From Phycisphaeraceae bacterium (lineage in GTDB: Bacteria > Planctomycetota > Phycisphaerae > Phycisphaerales > Zrk34), in assembly GCA_040905565.1 (NCBI GenBank), contig JBBDRF010000004.1, positions 1-60,628 of the forward strand: a DNA stretch of 60,628 nucleotides, given 5' to 3'. Position 1 is the first letter of the stretch, and each line of letters starts with the position of its first letter. Below are positions 51,754 through 60,628 of this stretch, in pieces. The notes under the pieces were generated by a model. That model was not told where the DNA came from and searched no databases. It saw nothing but the letters and a program-made list of their open reading frames with translations. A program made the position numbers and the translations under genes.

Positions 51754-52653
51754 TTAAGCGGGTTCCATGGTGTTGTGCTGTCGGCAGCCGCGGAGATAGG
51801 CTGCGAACTCGGTGAGCGTGTTGAACGGTTCAACCCACCGGTGATCGACGCGGCGTCGCCTGGCGGCGCGGCCTCCGATGACGAGTTCGGCCTCGACGGC
51901 CTCGACGGCGTGCAGCAGCGCGCTCATCTCGGCCTTGCCGGGCCGATCGTTTCGCATGCTGATCGAGAGCCACACCACCTGTGGCCGATGCTGGTGGACG
52001 GCCCGGCAAAGCGAGGCGATCGGCAAGGAGGCGCCGAAGTTCACCGCGCGCCAATCCTCAGCCTCGAGCACCGAAGCGACCATCAGCGAAGGCAGCAGAT
52101 GCTGACTCTTTCCGGGTGCGCCGCCGATTGCGAGCGGCTGGGGGCGGTGAGGCTCCGGCTGACGCAGCGCGTGTGTGAGCCGACGGAGTTCGTGGAGTGT
52201 CTGAAAGCAAACGTCGGTGGCGCGATGCTCGACGCAGATGCCGTCGGGGTCTTCCTGATAGAGCGGGCCGACGCTTTGCATGGCCTGGGTGAGGGGCCCG
52301 TCGCAGATGGCGGCGGTGGAACGGCCGGCGAGGTACATACCCGTCGCCAGCACGCGCGCCTGCTCAGCATCGCCTGATTCGATCGCGGCGGCGAGGGCAG
52401 CATCTTCGCCGTTTTCACGGTCGCTGAGGCGCGGCTGCTCGAACGTGGCTTCGGCGGCGAGGCCGAGCGGGCGAGGGTCGACCACGGGCAGACCCGTCTC
52501 GCGGATGTAGCGCAGGGCTTCGGTCACTTCAATGCGGCGATGTCCCCCGGCCGTGCGGCTGACATGCAGGTGGCCTTCGTCAGCCCAACGCTTCACCGAC
52601 GATTCGCTCACGCCCATGGCGCTGGCTAAAGATTTCGGACTGAGAGAGGACAT
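51754..52653 (-). CDS. HTH plus cobalamin-binding-like regulator (CarH/LitR-like)
   Basis: LSPKSLA...SESSVKRWADEG...TAGGHRR HTH; VEHRAT; QHLLP; NFGASLP. Confidence 0.75.
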   Translation of the reverse strand: MSSLSPKSLASAMGVSESSVKRWADEGHLHVSRTAGGHRRIEVTEALRYIRETGLPVVDPRPLGLAAEATFEQPRLSDRENGEDAALAAAIESGDAEQARVLATGMYLAGRSTAAICDGPLTQAMQSVGPLYQEDPDGICVEHRATDVCFQTLHELRRLTHALRQPEPHRPQPLAIGGAPGKSQHLLPSLMVASVLEAEDWRAVNFGASLPIASLCRAVHQHRPQVVWLSISMRNDRPGKAEMSALLHAVEAVEAELVIGGRAARRRRVDHRWVEPFNTLTEFAAYLRGCRQHNTMEPA

Positions 52654-52773
52654 GAGCAGCCGCCTGAACGTTTTGAACGATATAGAACTTTAGCACCCGT
52701 TTTTGCAACAGGCAAGAAGGTGGGCGTAAATGTTTGACGGCGGTACGCTGTGGGCTTCGGGGGTGTGGGGGGG

Positions 52774-53868
52774 TCAGAGGTACTCGGGGCCGAACTGGTC
52801 GGCGATGCGGGCGTGCAGTTGTTTGATCTTCTCAGCGTGGTCGCGATGGCAGACGAGGGTCGCACGGGCGGTGCGGATGACGACGAGATCGTCAACGCCT
52901 AGCAGGGCGACGAGGTGGTCGGTGTCGTCGCTGACGACGAGGTTGCGGTTGGCGTCGATGGCGATGGCGCGGTCGGCAGCGAGGGCGTTGTCGGCATCAT
53001 CGCGCGCGAGGGTCTTGCCGAACGCTTCCCAGCTGCCGACGTCCAGCCATTCGACGGGCATGCTGACGGTGGTGACGCTGACGGTGTCGTCGGCAGCGGC
53101 ACGCTCCATGAGGGCGTAATCGACGCTGATTTTCTTGAGCGTGGGGTAGACGCGGTTGAGCACGTCGAGGCGCTCGGGCGTGTCCCATGCTTTGGCGATC
53201 TCCATGAGGCCGGCGTGTACTTCGGGTTCGTAGCGGGCGATGAGGTTGAGCAGCGTTTGGGCTTTCCAGACGAACATGCCGCTGTTCCAGAGGTAACGGC
53301 CGGACTTGACGTACTGCTTCGCGGTGGCGGGGTCGGGTTTCTCTTTGAAGGCTGCGGTGGTGTGGGCACCTTCATAGCTGGGGATGGGTTGGCCGAGCTC
53401 GACGTAGCCGTAGCCGGTGGCGGGGTGGGTGGGTTCGATGCCGAAGGTGACGAGGGTGTTCTCGTCGCGCTCAGCGAGATCGAGGCCGAGGCGGACCTGC
53501 TGCTGAAAGCGATCGATGGGCTCGATGATGTGGTCGGCGGTGAAGACGGCGATGGTGGGGTTGTCGCCCCGGCGTGCGAGGACGGCTGCGGGGAAGCCGA
53601 CGGCGGCGAGGGTGTCGCGGCCGGTGGGCTCGCCGAGGATCTGCTCGTCGATGAAGCGGGGCATGGCTTTGCGGATGGCGGCGCGGTACTTCTCGCCGGT
53701 GCTGATGATCTGGCGTTCGGGCTCGATGAGGCCCTCGAGGCGATCGGCAGCGATCTGGAGCAGGCTTCGGCCCTGGATGAACGGGATGAGCTGTTTGGGC
53801 TGATCGTCGCGGGACATCGGCCACAGACGCGTGCCCGATCCGCCGGCCATGATGACTGCGTAACGCAT
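52774..53868 (-). CDS. manC: Mannose-1-phosphate guanylyltransferase
   Basis: IMAGGSGTRLWPMSR, EPTGRDT, ADH, FKEKP, WNSGMF, WLDVGSW. Confidence 0.92.
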   Translation of the reverse strand: MRYAVIMAGGSGTRLWPMSRDDQPKQLIPFIQGRSLLQIAADRLEGLIEPERQIISTGEKYRAAIRKAMPRFIDEQILGEPTGRDTLAAVGFPAAVLARRGDNPTIAVFTADHIIEPIDRFQQQVRLGLDLAERDENTLVTFGIEPTHPATGYGYVELGQPIPSYEGAHTTAAFKEKPDPATAKQYVKSGRYLWNSGMFVWKAQTLLNLIARYEPEVHAGLMEIAKAWDTPERLDVLNRVYPTLKKISVDYALMERAAADDTVSVTTVSMPVEWLDVGSWEAFGKTLARDDADNALAADRAIAIDANRNLVVSDDTDHLVALLGVDDLVVIRTARATLVCHRDHAEKIKQLHARIADQFGPEYL

Positions 53869-54344
53869 GTTGGATCCACCTTGAAAAACTGGTACTGAAT
53901 TCCCCGCCCCAAGTATAACCGTCGAAGACAGCTTGACACGTGAGGGGGACCCGGGGGGCGAATGCTCATGCTCAGACGCTCAACGCACAAAAAGAGGCGG
54001 CTCGTGCCCGGCCTGATTGACCTACGCGCGAGGCGGCAACGTTATCGGACGTGGCGTGTTAAGCTGGGAAGGTTAGGGGCGATGGTGTATTGACGGTTGG
54101 TCAAAGCGTCAAAAAATGGTCAAATTGGGTAAGTCCAATAATCGCACATAATTGCGCATCGCTTTACGCTTGTGAGGGTTACGGCTTTACCAGATGTTCT
54201 CACGGACGTTCAAGCCGATACGAGCGGATGTACGATAGTTTGATCAGACGCGTGACACATAGCATGCAGCTGAGGGCCAGGGAGCGGCCGATCGGCGAGC
54301 GGGACAGGGATGGCGAAACGATGATCACAAGCAGGAACGTCAAT

Positions 54345-54626
54345 ATGAATGAAGTGAACCCAGTCAGCTCATCGAACCCCGTCCATCGGCCCAGCGGCAA
54401 CCACCAGCCTCCGGCGCGGGAGGCTTCAGGCGGCGGCGTCCATCGTGAGAACGACAGTGTCGAGTTCTCCGAGACGGCGAATTTGCTCGCGAAGCTGGCC
54501 AATCTGCCGGAGACCCGTGAGGGCCTGGTCAACAGTGTCCGCTCGGAGATCGCCGACGACAGCTACCTGAGTGATGAGAAGATCGATGCGACCGTGGACG
54601 CACTCTTCGAGGTGCTGCAGGACTGA
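54345..54626 (+). CDS. flgM: Anti-sigma-28 factor FlgM-like protein
   Basis: DSVEFS...LPETREGLVNSVRSEIADDSY pattern, small size. Confidence 0.7.
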   Translation: MNEVNPVSSSNPVHRPSGNHQPPAREASGGGVHRENDSVEFSETANLLAKLANLPETREGLVNSVRSEIADDSYLSDEKIDATVDALFEVLQD

Positions 54627-54700
54627 GCCCCCCCACCCACCTGAGCCCACCCATCTGCGCCCCCCGGGGCAGCTTTGGTGGTTTTGAAGATCGCTTAAAT

Positions 54701-54741
54701 AAAATACGCCGACCCTTTGCGAGGGGTCGGCGTATTTTTTT
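54701..54741. terminator. Bidirectional rho-independent terminator
   Basis: aaaatacgccgaccc-loop-gggtcggcgtatttttt between convergent genes. Confidence 0.9.
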
Positions 54742-54792
54742 GTGATGGGGGGGTACCCACGGCGTGACGCCGTGGGCTTCGGTTAGGACGGG

Positions 54793-55503
54793 TTAGGGAG
54801 AGCCCAGGACGTTGTCGACGGCCTCGCGGACGATGGTGGGCAGGTGGACGGGCTCGGCGTCGGGGGCGACTTCGGCATCGTCGGCGAGCTGGCGCAGGGA
54901 TTCGGTGACGGCGAGGGCGGCTTCGCTGTCGATCGGGTTGCGTGGCTCCCAGCGGTTCCTCTCCTCCTGCTGCTGTTCGGGGTTCTGCAGATCCTCTTCC
55001 CATGTGTCGGCATGGGCGACGAAGTACTCGTCCAGGGCGCTGTCCAGCTGATGGCTGCGAATTTCGCGGGAGGCGAGGCCTTGTCCAATGCGCTCGACCT
55101 GCTGGCGGGCGTCGGCCACCGCTGCATCGTCTGAGAGCGCGGGCCGAAGCTGTTCACGGTGCAACGTCATCAGTTGCAGGTAATCGAATGTGCCTTGCTG
55201 CTGAAGCTCGTCGAAAAGCTGATGCAGATCGGCCAGGGCGACGGTGCCCTCTTGGAACCCGTCGACCATGCGGTCGATCTCGACGATCATCGCTTCCTGA
55301 TCGTCGGCATCGAGGTGCGAATCGCGCACGACCTCGACGGCCGCGACGCGGCCCATGTCGGCCATGAACGCGCGGAACTGGTGGTAGGCGAAGTAACTCC
55401 CGACGCCGCCGAGCACGAGCAGCAGGACGACGACGATCAGACATCCGCTGAGCCACGGGCTCATCCCTGCTTTGGGCGGCGGCGAACCTTGGTAATCATT
55501 CAT
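54793..55503 (-). CDS. Hypothetical single-TM protein
   Basis: MNDYQG...WLSGCLIVVVLLLVLGG, acidic helical body. Confidence 0.7.
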   Translation of the reverse strand: MNDYQGSPPPKAGMSPWLSGCLIVVVLLLVLGGVGSYFAYHQFRAFMADMGRVAAVEVVRDSHLDADDQEAMIVEIDRMVDGFQEGTVALADLHQLFDELQQQGTFDYLQLMTLHREQLRPALSDDAAVADARQQVERIGQGLASREIRSHQLDSALDEYFVAHADTWEEDLQNPEQQQEERNRWEPRNPIDSEAALAVTESLRQLADDAEVAPDAEPVHLPTIVREAVDNVLGSP

Positions 55504-55570
55504 CAGGCGAAACTCCGGAAGAGGACGGTAAGAGCGTAACCTCTGCGATGGGAACGAGGCAAGCGGGGAG

Positions 55571-55607
55571 CCCGGCCGTCTCGCTTCGCTCGCTGGCCGG
55601 GGCACCC
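55571..55607 (-). repeat. REP family D copy
   Basis: Identical to 40146-40182. Confidence 0.88.
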
Positions 55608-55631
55608 GACATCGTGGCGTTGCGGGGGGGG

Positions 55632-56771
55632 TCAGCTCACGCGGAGGGGGTCGGCGTCTTTTTGGGAGAGGGTGATGGTGACGCTCTCACCGAGTTCAGC
55701 CGTGAGCTTATCGCGTAGGATTTTGAGGTACGGACGTTCGGTGTTGGTGTGTTCGCAGAGGATGACGCTTGTGCCGTGGGCGACGGCTTCGAGGACATCA
55801 TGATGCCGCATCTCGCCGGTGAGGTAGACGTCGGCAGCCTGACCCTTGAGCACCGACCCGCCTGCGCCGGCGCACAGGGCGACGGTGCGAACCTCAGCGT
55901 CACCATCATGCCCCGTTGACTGGGCGATGCGGACGTGGTCGAGGCTGAGTTGCTGCTTCAAACGGTCGGTGAGGGCCCGCATCGTGGTCGGCTGATTGAG
56001 CGTGACGAACCTGCCCTGCCCGACTCCCTCGTTGGCCTGGTCGGGCGTCTCGGCGAGCGGGACGATGTGATAGGCGGGCTCTTCATAGGGATGGGCAGCA
56101 CACATTTTTCGGGCCACCTCACGCACGATCGCAGCGGGGCAGAGCATCTCCATGCGAATCTCTTCGACGCGCTCGAGGTTGCCCTGCTGGCCGATCGTGG
56201 GGTTGGTGCCCTCGCGGCCGAGGAAGGTGCCGGTGCCTTCGAGGTTGAACGAGCAGTGGGAGTAGTTGCCGATCCAACCGGCCCCGGCTTCGGTCATGAT
56301 CTCCCGCAACGCGTCGGCGTTCTCACGGGGCACGAAGGTTACCAGTTGCACCTGCTTGTAGGGGCCGGTGGCGGGGTCGGCGAGGACGGTGGTGATGGGC
56401 TCGGCCTGGCCTGCGCCGACGGCCTCGGCGAGGAAATCGTTGACGCCGCCCGGAGCAGCATCGAGTGCGGTGTGGGGGACGTAGACGCCGAGGCCGGCTG
56501 CGATGGCGCGGAGCACGATGCGCTGTTTGACGTCGCTGTGCGTCAGCCGTTTGAGCGGTGCAAAGATCGGCGGATGGTAGGCGATGATCATCTGCGTGCC
56601 GGCGGCGAGCGCCTCTTCGAGCACCGCTTCGGTGAGGTCGATCGTCAGCATCAGCTGGTTGATCTCAACGCCTTCGGGCGGCTCGATCAGCAGGCCGACG
56701 TTGTCCCACGATTCCGCCCAACGCAGCGGGGCGATGCGTTCCATGGCTTGGGTGATCTGTTTGAGTTGCAT
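55632..56771 (-). CDS. Nif3-like dinuclear metal-centre protein
   Basis: AESWDNVGLL, YHPPIF, HTALD, AHPYEEPAY, TGEMRHH, HTNTE. Confidence 0.92.
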   Translation of the reverse strand: MQLKQITQAMERIAPLRWAESWDNVGLLIEPPEGVEINQLMLTIDLTEAVLEEALAAGTQMIIAYHPPIFAPLKRLTHSDVKQRIVLRAIAAGLGVYVPHTALDAAPGGVNDFLAEAVGAGQAEPITTVLADPATGPYKQVQLVTFVPRENADALREIMTEAGAGWIGNYSHCSFNLEGTGTFLGREGTNPTIGQQGNLERVEEIRMEMLCPAAIVREVARKMCAAHPYEEPAYHIVPLAETPDQANEGVGQGRFVTLNQPTTMRALTDRLKQQLSLDHVRIAQSTGHDGDAEVRTVALCAGAGGSVLKGQAADVYLTGEMRHHDVLEAVAHGTSVILCEHTNTERPYLKILRDKLTAELGESVTITLSQKDADPLRVS

Positions 56772-56883
56772 GTGGGTAGTGTACACGTGGGGAAACCGGC
56801 GGGTCGTAGACCCGCGGCTATTGCTGGCACACGCGTCGCAAAATGCTCAGACAGGCGTCGCAGACAGGTGGGGGGGTGGGGGT

Positions 56884-58317
56884 TTAGAGTTTTTCGGTGA
56901 CGAGGCTGGCGAGGTCGGAGCGTTCGCTTTTGCAGAGCATGACGTGGCCGACGATGCCGCTGCCTTTGAGGGCTTCGACCATGTACGACAGGCCGTTGCT
57001 CGACGAATCGAGGTAGGGGTTGTCGATCTGCTGGATGTCGCCTGTGAGCACGAGCTTGGTGCCTTCGCCGACGCGTGAGGCGATGGTCTTCACCTCGTGA
57101 GGCGTGAGGTTCTGCGCTTCGTCAACGATCATGAACTGATTGGGAATCGATCGGCCACGGATGTAGGTCAGCGGTTCGAGCAAAATCTGGCCGGTGTCCA
57201 GCAGGGCCTTCATGCGTTGTTCGGGCGACTTGGACTCGGCATGCTGAGCGCCGGCCCCGCGGGTGGAGAGCAGGTAGCTGAGGTTGTCGAAGATCGGCTG
57301 CATCCATGCGTGGAGTTTTTCACCCACGTCGCCGGGCAGGTAGCCGATGTCGCGGCCGAGGGGCATGATCGGTCGTGCGACCAGCAACCGGTCGTAGCGC
57401 TGTTCGTTGACGACCTGCGCCAGACCCGCTGCGACGGCCAGAAGCGTTTTGCCCGACCCGGCCATGCCGAGGAGCGTGAGGAGTTTGACTTGATCATCAA
57501 GGAGCAGGTCGAGCGCCATGGTCTGCTGGACGTTGCGGGCGATGATGCCGAAGACGGTTTTGCGGGGCCCGATGACGGGGATGATTTCGTCGCTGTCGCC
57601 GCAGCGTCGGCCGAGGCCGGTGTGCGAAGCGTCGAGACGATCGCGGAGGAGGACGAACTGGTTGGCTTCGAGGAGGATCTCGGAGGCTTTGCCGTAGGAC
57701 CGGGCGGGTGCGGGGCCGGCTTGTGCTTCGCGATCGGCAAAGAACGGCAGGAGCGTTTCGATGGCCAGCTGCTTCTGATCGTAGAGCTGATTGATCGTCG
57801 CGGTGTCGACATCAAGTTCGGTGTAGCCGGAGTAGAGGCGGTCGGCGTCGACCTTTTGCGCTTCGAAATCTTCGGTGGTGATGCCGAGTGCGTCGGACTT
57901 GATGCGGGCGTTGATGTCTTTGGAGATGAAGATGACGCGTTGGCCGTCTTTGCTGCGTTGCCAGGCGACGCCGATGATGCGGTTGTCGGGGGCGTCGTAG
58001 CTGAGCGCGGGGGGCGGGATGTGTTCGCCGAGGTCGATCTGGATGGTGCCGCCGTGCCCGTTCCAGACGACGCCTTCGGAGATTCGGCCCTTAAGGCGAA
58101 GCTGATCGAGATGGCGGATGACCTGTCGCGAGTTTCGGCCGGTGTCGTCGGTGTTCTTTTTGAACTTGTCGAGCTCTTCGACGACCTCGAAGGGGATGAC
58201 GACGTGATTGTCGTCGAACATGAACAGTGCTTCGGGGTTGTGGAGTAGGACGTTGGTATCGAGGACGAAATACTTGCGGTTTTCTGCCTGATTTTTCTCG
58301 GCTGCGGGGTCGGCCAA
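56884..58317 (-). CDS. PIN-PhoH (PhoH2) family protein
   Basis: FVLDTNVLLH PIN domain, GMAGSGKT, IGYLPG, YIRGRS, DEAQN; TTG start with GGAGG Shine-Dalgarno. Confidence 0.92.
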   Translation of the reverse strand: MADPAAEKNQAENRKYFVLDTNVLLHNPEALFMFDDNHVVIPFEVVEELDKFKKNTDDTGRNSRQVIRHLDQLRLKGRISEGVVWNGHGGTIQIDLGEHIPPPALSYDAPDNRIIGVAWQRSKDGQRVIFISKDINARIKSDALGITTEDFEAQKVDADRLYSGYTELDVDTATINQLYDQKQLAIETLLPFFADREAQAGPAPARSYGKASEILLEANQFVLLRDRLDASHTGLGRRCGDSDEIIPVIGPRKTVFGIIARNVQQTMALDLLLDDQVKLLTLLGMAGSGKTLLAVAAGLAQVVNEQRYDRLLVARPIMPLGRDIGYLPGDVGEKLHAWMQPIFDNLSYLLSTRGAGAQHAESKSPEQRMKALLDTGQILLEPLTYIRGRSIPNQFMIVDEAQNLTPHEVKTIASRVGEGTKLVLTGDIQQIDNPYLDSSSNGLSYMVEALKGSGIVGHVMLCKSERSDLASLVTEKL

Positions 58318-58453
58318 GGGTGCGCCTCCGATGCTCAAAAGCCAACCGAATGCGGGGGCGTGGTCGCCTGTTCCCGCGGGGCCCTGTAACGCCGACGACA
58401 GTCTAGCCGATCCGAATGCGCGCAGCATCTATGGGATTTTGTGTGTTTTGTGA

Positions 58454-58557
58454 GCGGCAGCGTGAGCGCAGCGAGACCGCCGGGTCTTCCGGACCTGCGC
58501 AGATGCCGGGGGCGCTGTCGCGATTTCGCCCGGCCGTCTGCGCTGGCCGGGGCACCC
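58454..58557. repeat. Second copy of the 110-bp family D doublet (diverged left arm)
   Basis: Aligns with the reverse complement of 40073-40182. Confidence 0.8.
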
Positions 58558-58623
58558 TTAGCATCTGAGACCCGTGTGAAGGCAACAGATATTCGCATTC
58601 TGACGCACAGGGCGTGGGGGGGG

Positions 58624-59097
58624 TCAGTTTCTCAGGTCGTCATCCGGGCCGAGGAAGCAGTTGACGTCTTCCTCGCTGTAGAGTTCGAGCTGTTCGGCCC
58701 GCATATCGCCGGCACTGATGCCGAGCATGTGCATGACGAACGGTTCGAGCACGAACTGGCCTCCCGCGACGTACAGATCGTTCTGGACGAGGCGGCAGAA
58801 GCGCACCATGATCGGCTGCGAGCTGACCACGTGCCCCTTCATAATGAAGCGGATACGCCACATGGACTGGGGATCGATGAAGCGGTCGACAAGGAAGCCC
58901 ACGCCGCCGCGGCTGATGTTACGCAGCAGGATGGTCGGGGATTCATTGAGATCGTCATCGATCGCTTCGAGTTTGGCGTCGGCACGGACGGGGAAGCGTC
59001 TGAACCGGCGTTTGCCCGACGCCACTGTCGTTTCGGGGCAATCCTGCTCCAGCCGCGCCAGCACGTCCATCAAGTCTTTTGGTTCGGCCATCGACAT
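58624..59097 (-). CDS. PilZ-domain protein
   Basis: RRFRR and NISRGG c-di-GMP-binding motifs; GGAGG Shine-Dalgarno. Confidence 0.8.
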   Translation of the reverse strand: MSMAEPKDLMDVLARLEQDCPETTVASGKRRFRRFPVRADAKLEAIDDDLNESPTILLRNISRGGVGFLVDRFIDPQSMWRIRFIMKGHVVSSQPIMVRFCRLVQNDLYVAGGQFVLEPFVMHMLGISAGDMRAEQLELYSEEDVNCFLGPDDDLRN

Positions 59098-59285
59098 GGC
59101 AATTCCTCCTGCAATCATGGCAGGTCGACGGGCGGCAAACCATGTCCGCCCGAAGCCGTTTAGCAGACCCTCGCGTCTACCAATCAGTCTCATCGGTCAT
59201 AATTTATAGCGACTTGAAGATTTTGCCGATTCCTCACGAGCGGCAGATAGCCCGGCCAAGGCCGGGGCTAGGTGGCGTCGCGAAG

Positions 59286-60521
59286 CTATTCGTAGATGAG
59301 GTGCTCTTGACGCATCTTCCGGAAGGCTTGCAGGTCGGCCTCCCAAGTGGCGTCGAGGGTGGCGGGGTCGTCGGTTTTCTGCCAGGCCTGGTGGGTGTCG
59401 GCGTTGCGAAGCAGCGTCCGGACGCGGTCCGACTCGAAGGTTTCGCCGTGGCGGTGATTCAGTTCCCACGCAAGGGTCAGGCCCAGCCGAACGGCATCGA
59501 CCTGCTCACGATCGGTGACGCTGATGCGGATGCCGTGGCATGGTTCGTCGGCGAAGCGTGAGGCGGCGGGGGTGAAGGTGTGTGCTTCGAACTTCAGGCC
59601 GGCCATCTCGCGGGCATTGAGCGCCTGCGCCAGGGCTTCGCCGTCGATCCAGGGGGCGCCCATGATTTGGAAGGCTTGGTCGGTGCCTCGGCCGACGGAG
59701 ACGTTGGAGAACTCCAGCAGCGCGACGCCTGGGTACAGCAGCGCGGAGGTCGGGCTGGGCATGTTCGGCGAAGGGTTCACCCAATCCCGCCCGGTCTGGT
59801 CCCACCACATCTCACGACGCCAGCCACGCATGGGCACAACGACCAGATCGCACTCGACATCGAACCGCATGCGGAAGAGCATGGCCAGTTCGCCGACCGT
59901 CATGCCGTGGACGATGGGGATGGGCTGATAGGCGATGAAGGCGAGATCGTCGGCATCGGCGAGGGGGCCGGCCACGCGTTTGCCGGTGATGGGGTTGGGC
60001 CGATCGAGGACGACGAAGCGGATATCGTGCTCCGCAGCCTGTTCCATCGCGTAGCCCATCGTGGCGATGTAGGTGTAGAAACGCGCGCCGATGTCCTGGA
60101 CGTCGAAGACGAGCGTGTCGATGTTTTCGAGCATTTCGAAAGTCGGGCGGCGGGTTTCGCCGTAGAGGCTCCAGACGCGGAGGCCGGTCTTCTCGTCCTT
60201 GGCGTGACCGACTTTTTCGTCGAGTTCACCCAGCAGGCCGTGCTCGGGGCTGAAGAGTGCGACCAGATCCACGCCCTCGGCTTCGTGGAGCAGGTCGATC
60301 GTGCGCCGGCCCTTGCGGTCGAGCCCGGTATGGTTGGTGATCAGCCCGACGCGTCCCTCGGCAAGGTGCTCGTAATCGTGCTCCACCAGCACGTCGATGC
60401 CGACCAGCACGTGCGGGTTTTTCTCGTCCCCGGCCAGCCCCGTCGTCGCCGCCCCGGCAAAAACACAGAGCACCAGGAGCGCGGTCGCAGATTGACTCAG
60501 CCAGCTTCTGCCGTTGTTCAT
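59286..60521 (-). CDS. namZ: Exo-beta-N-acetylmuramidase NamZ family (DUF1343)
   Basis: VGLITNHTG, LFSPEHG, DVQDIGARFYTY, LDRPNP, PSPNMP, SVGRGT. Confidence 0.88.
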   Translation of the reverse strand: MNNGRSWLSQSATALLVLCVFAGAATTGLAGDEKNPHVLVGIDVLVEHDYEHLAEGRVGLITNHTGLDRKGRRTIDLLHEAEGVDLVALFSPEHGLLGELDEKVGHAKDEKTGLRVWSLYGETRRPTFEMLENIDTLVFDVQDIGARFYTYIATMGYAMEQAAEHDIRFVVLDRPNPITGKRVAGPLADADDLAFIAYQPIPIVHGMTVGELAMLFRMRFDVECDLVVVPMRGWRREMWWDQTGRDWVNPSPNMPSPTSALLYPGVALLEFSNVSVGRGTDQAFQIMGAPWIDGEALAQALNAREMAGLKFEAHTFTPAASRFADEPCHGIRISVTDREQVDAVRLGLTLAWELNHRHGETFESDRVRTLLRNADTHQAWQKTDDPATLDATWEADLQAFRKMRQEHLIYE

Positions 60522-60628
60522 GTGGCGTATCCTAACATGCCCACGGGCTCTTGGTATGCCCTGTGTTCGGTTCATGGTATGCGGCAGGGGGGGGTGGGGG
60601 TCGTGGGTGATTTTGGGGGCGCGGACCC

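Overview
GC-rich bacterial chromosomal window, most consistent with a planctomycete (Phycisphaerae-like gene set and protein style; taxonomy is inference). It is mostly housekeeping and accessory genes: asd, hemW, nadK, a class B PBP, recX, nth, valS, HU, bioF, pilT, hisF, dnaB, an RNase HII-like gene, ribD, lemA-htpX, ldhA, a P-type ATPase, manC, flgM, PhoH2 and namZ. The standout feature is valS (12769-16698). It carries an in-frame, apparently intact Y1/HUH transposase domain of the REP-associated (RAYT-like) type, with no start or stop of its own. The domain is bracketed by REP hairpins that are themselves translated, and by a 40-bp direct repeat 585 bp (195 codons) apart. The same REP occurs 14 times in the window, with at least three other hairpin families. 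They form doublets, a 136-bp duplicated unit, and inverted pairs around AT-richer genes. Other points of interest are local strand-skew patches that seem to follow REP orientation, a CxxC/RAPP arrest-type leader before a prepilin-DUF4198 pair, two small membrane ORFs missing from the ORF track, a structured porin leader and a degenerate PilB-like ATPase. No rRNA, tRNA or CRISPR array was seen. Composition statements are by eye, not computed.
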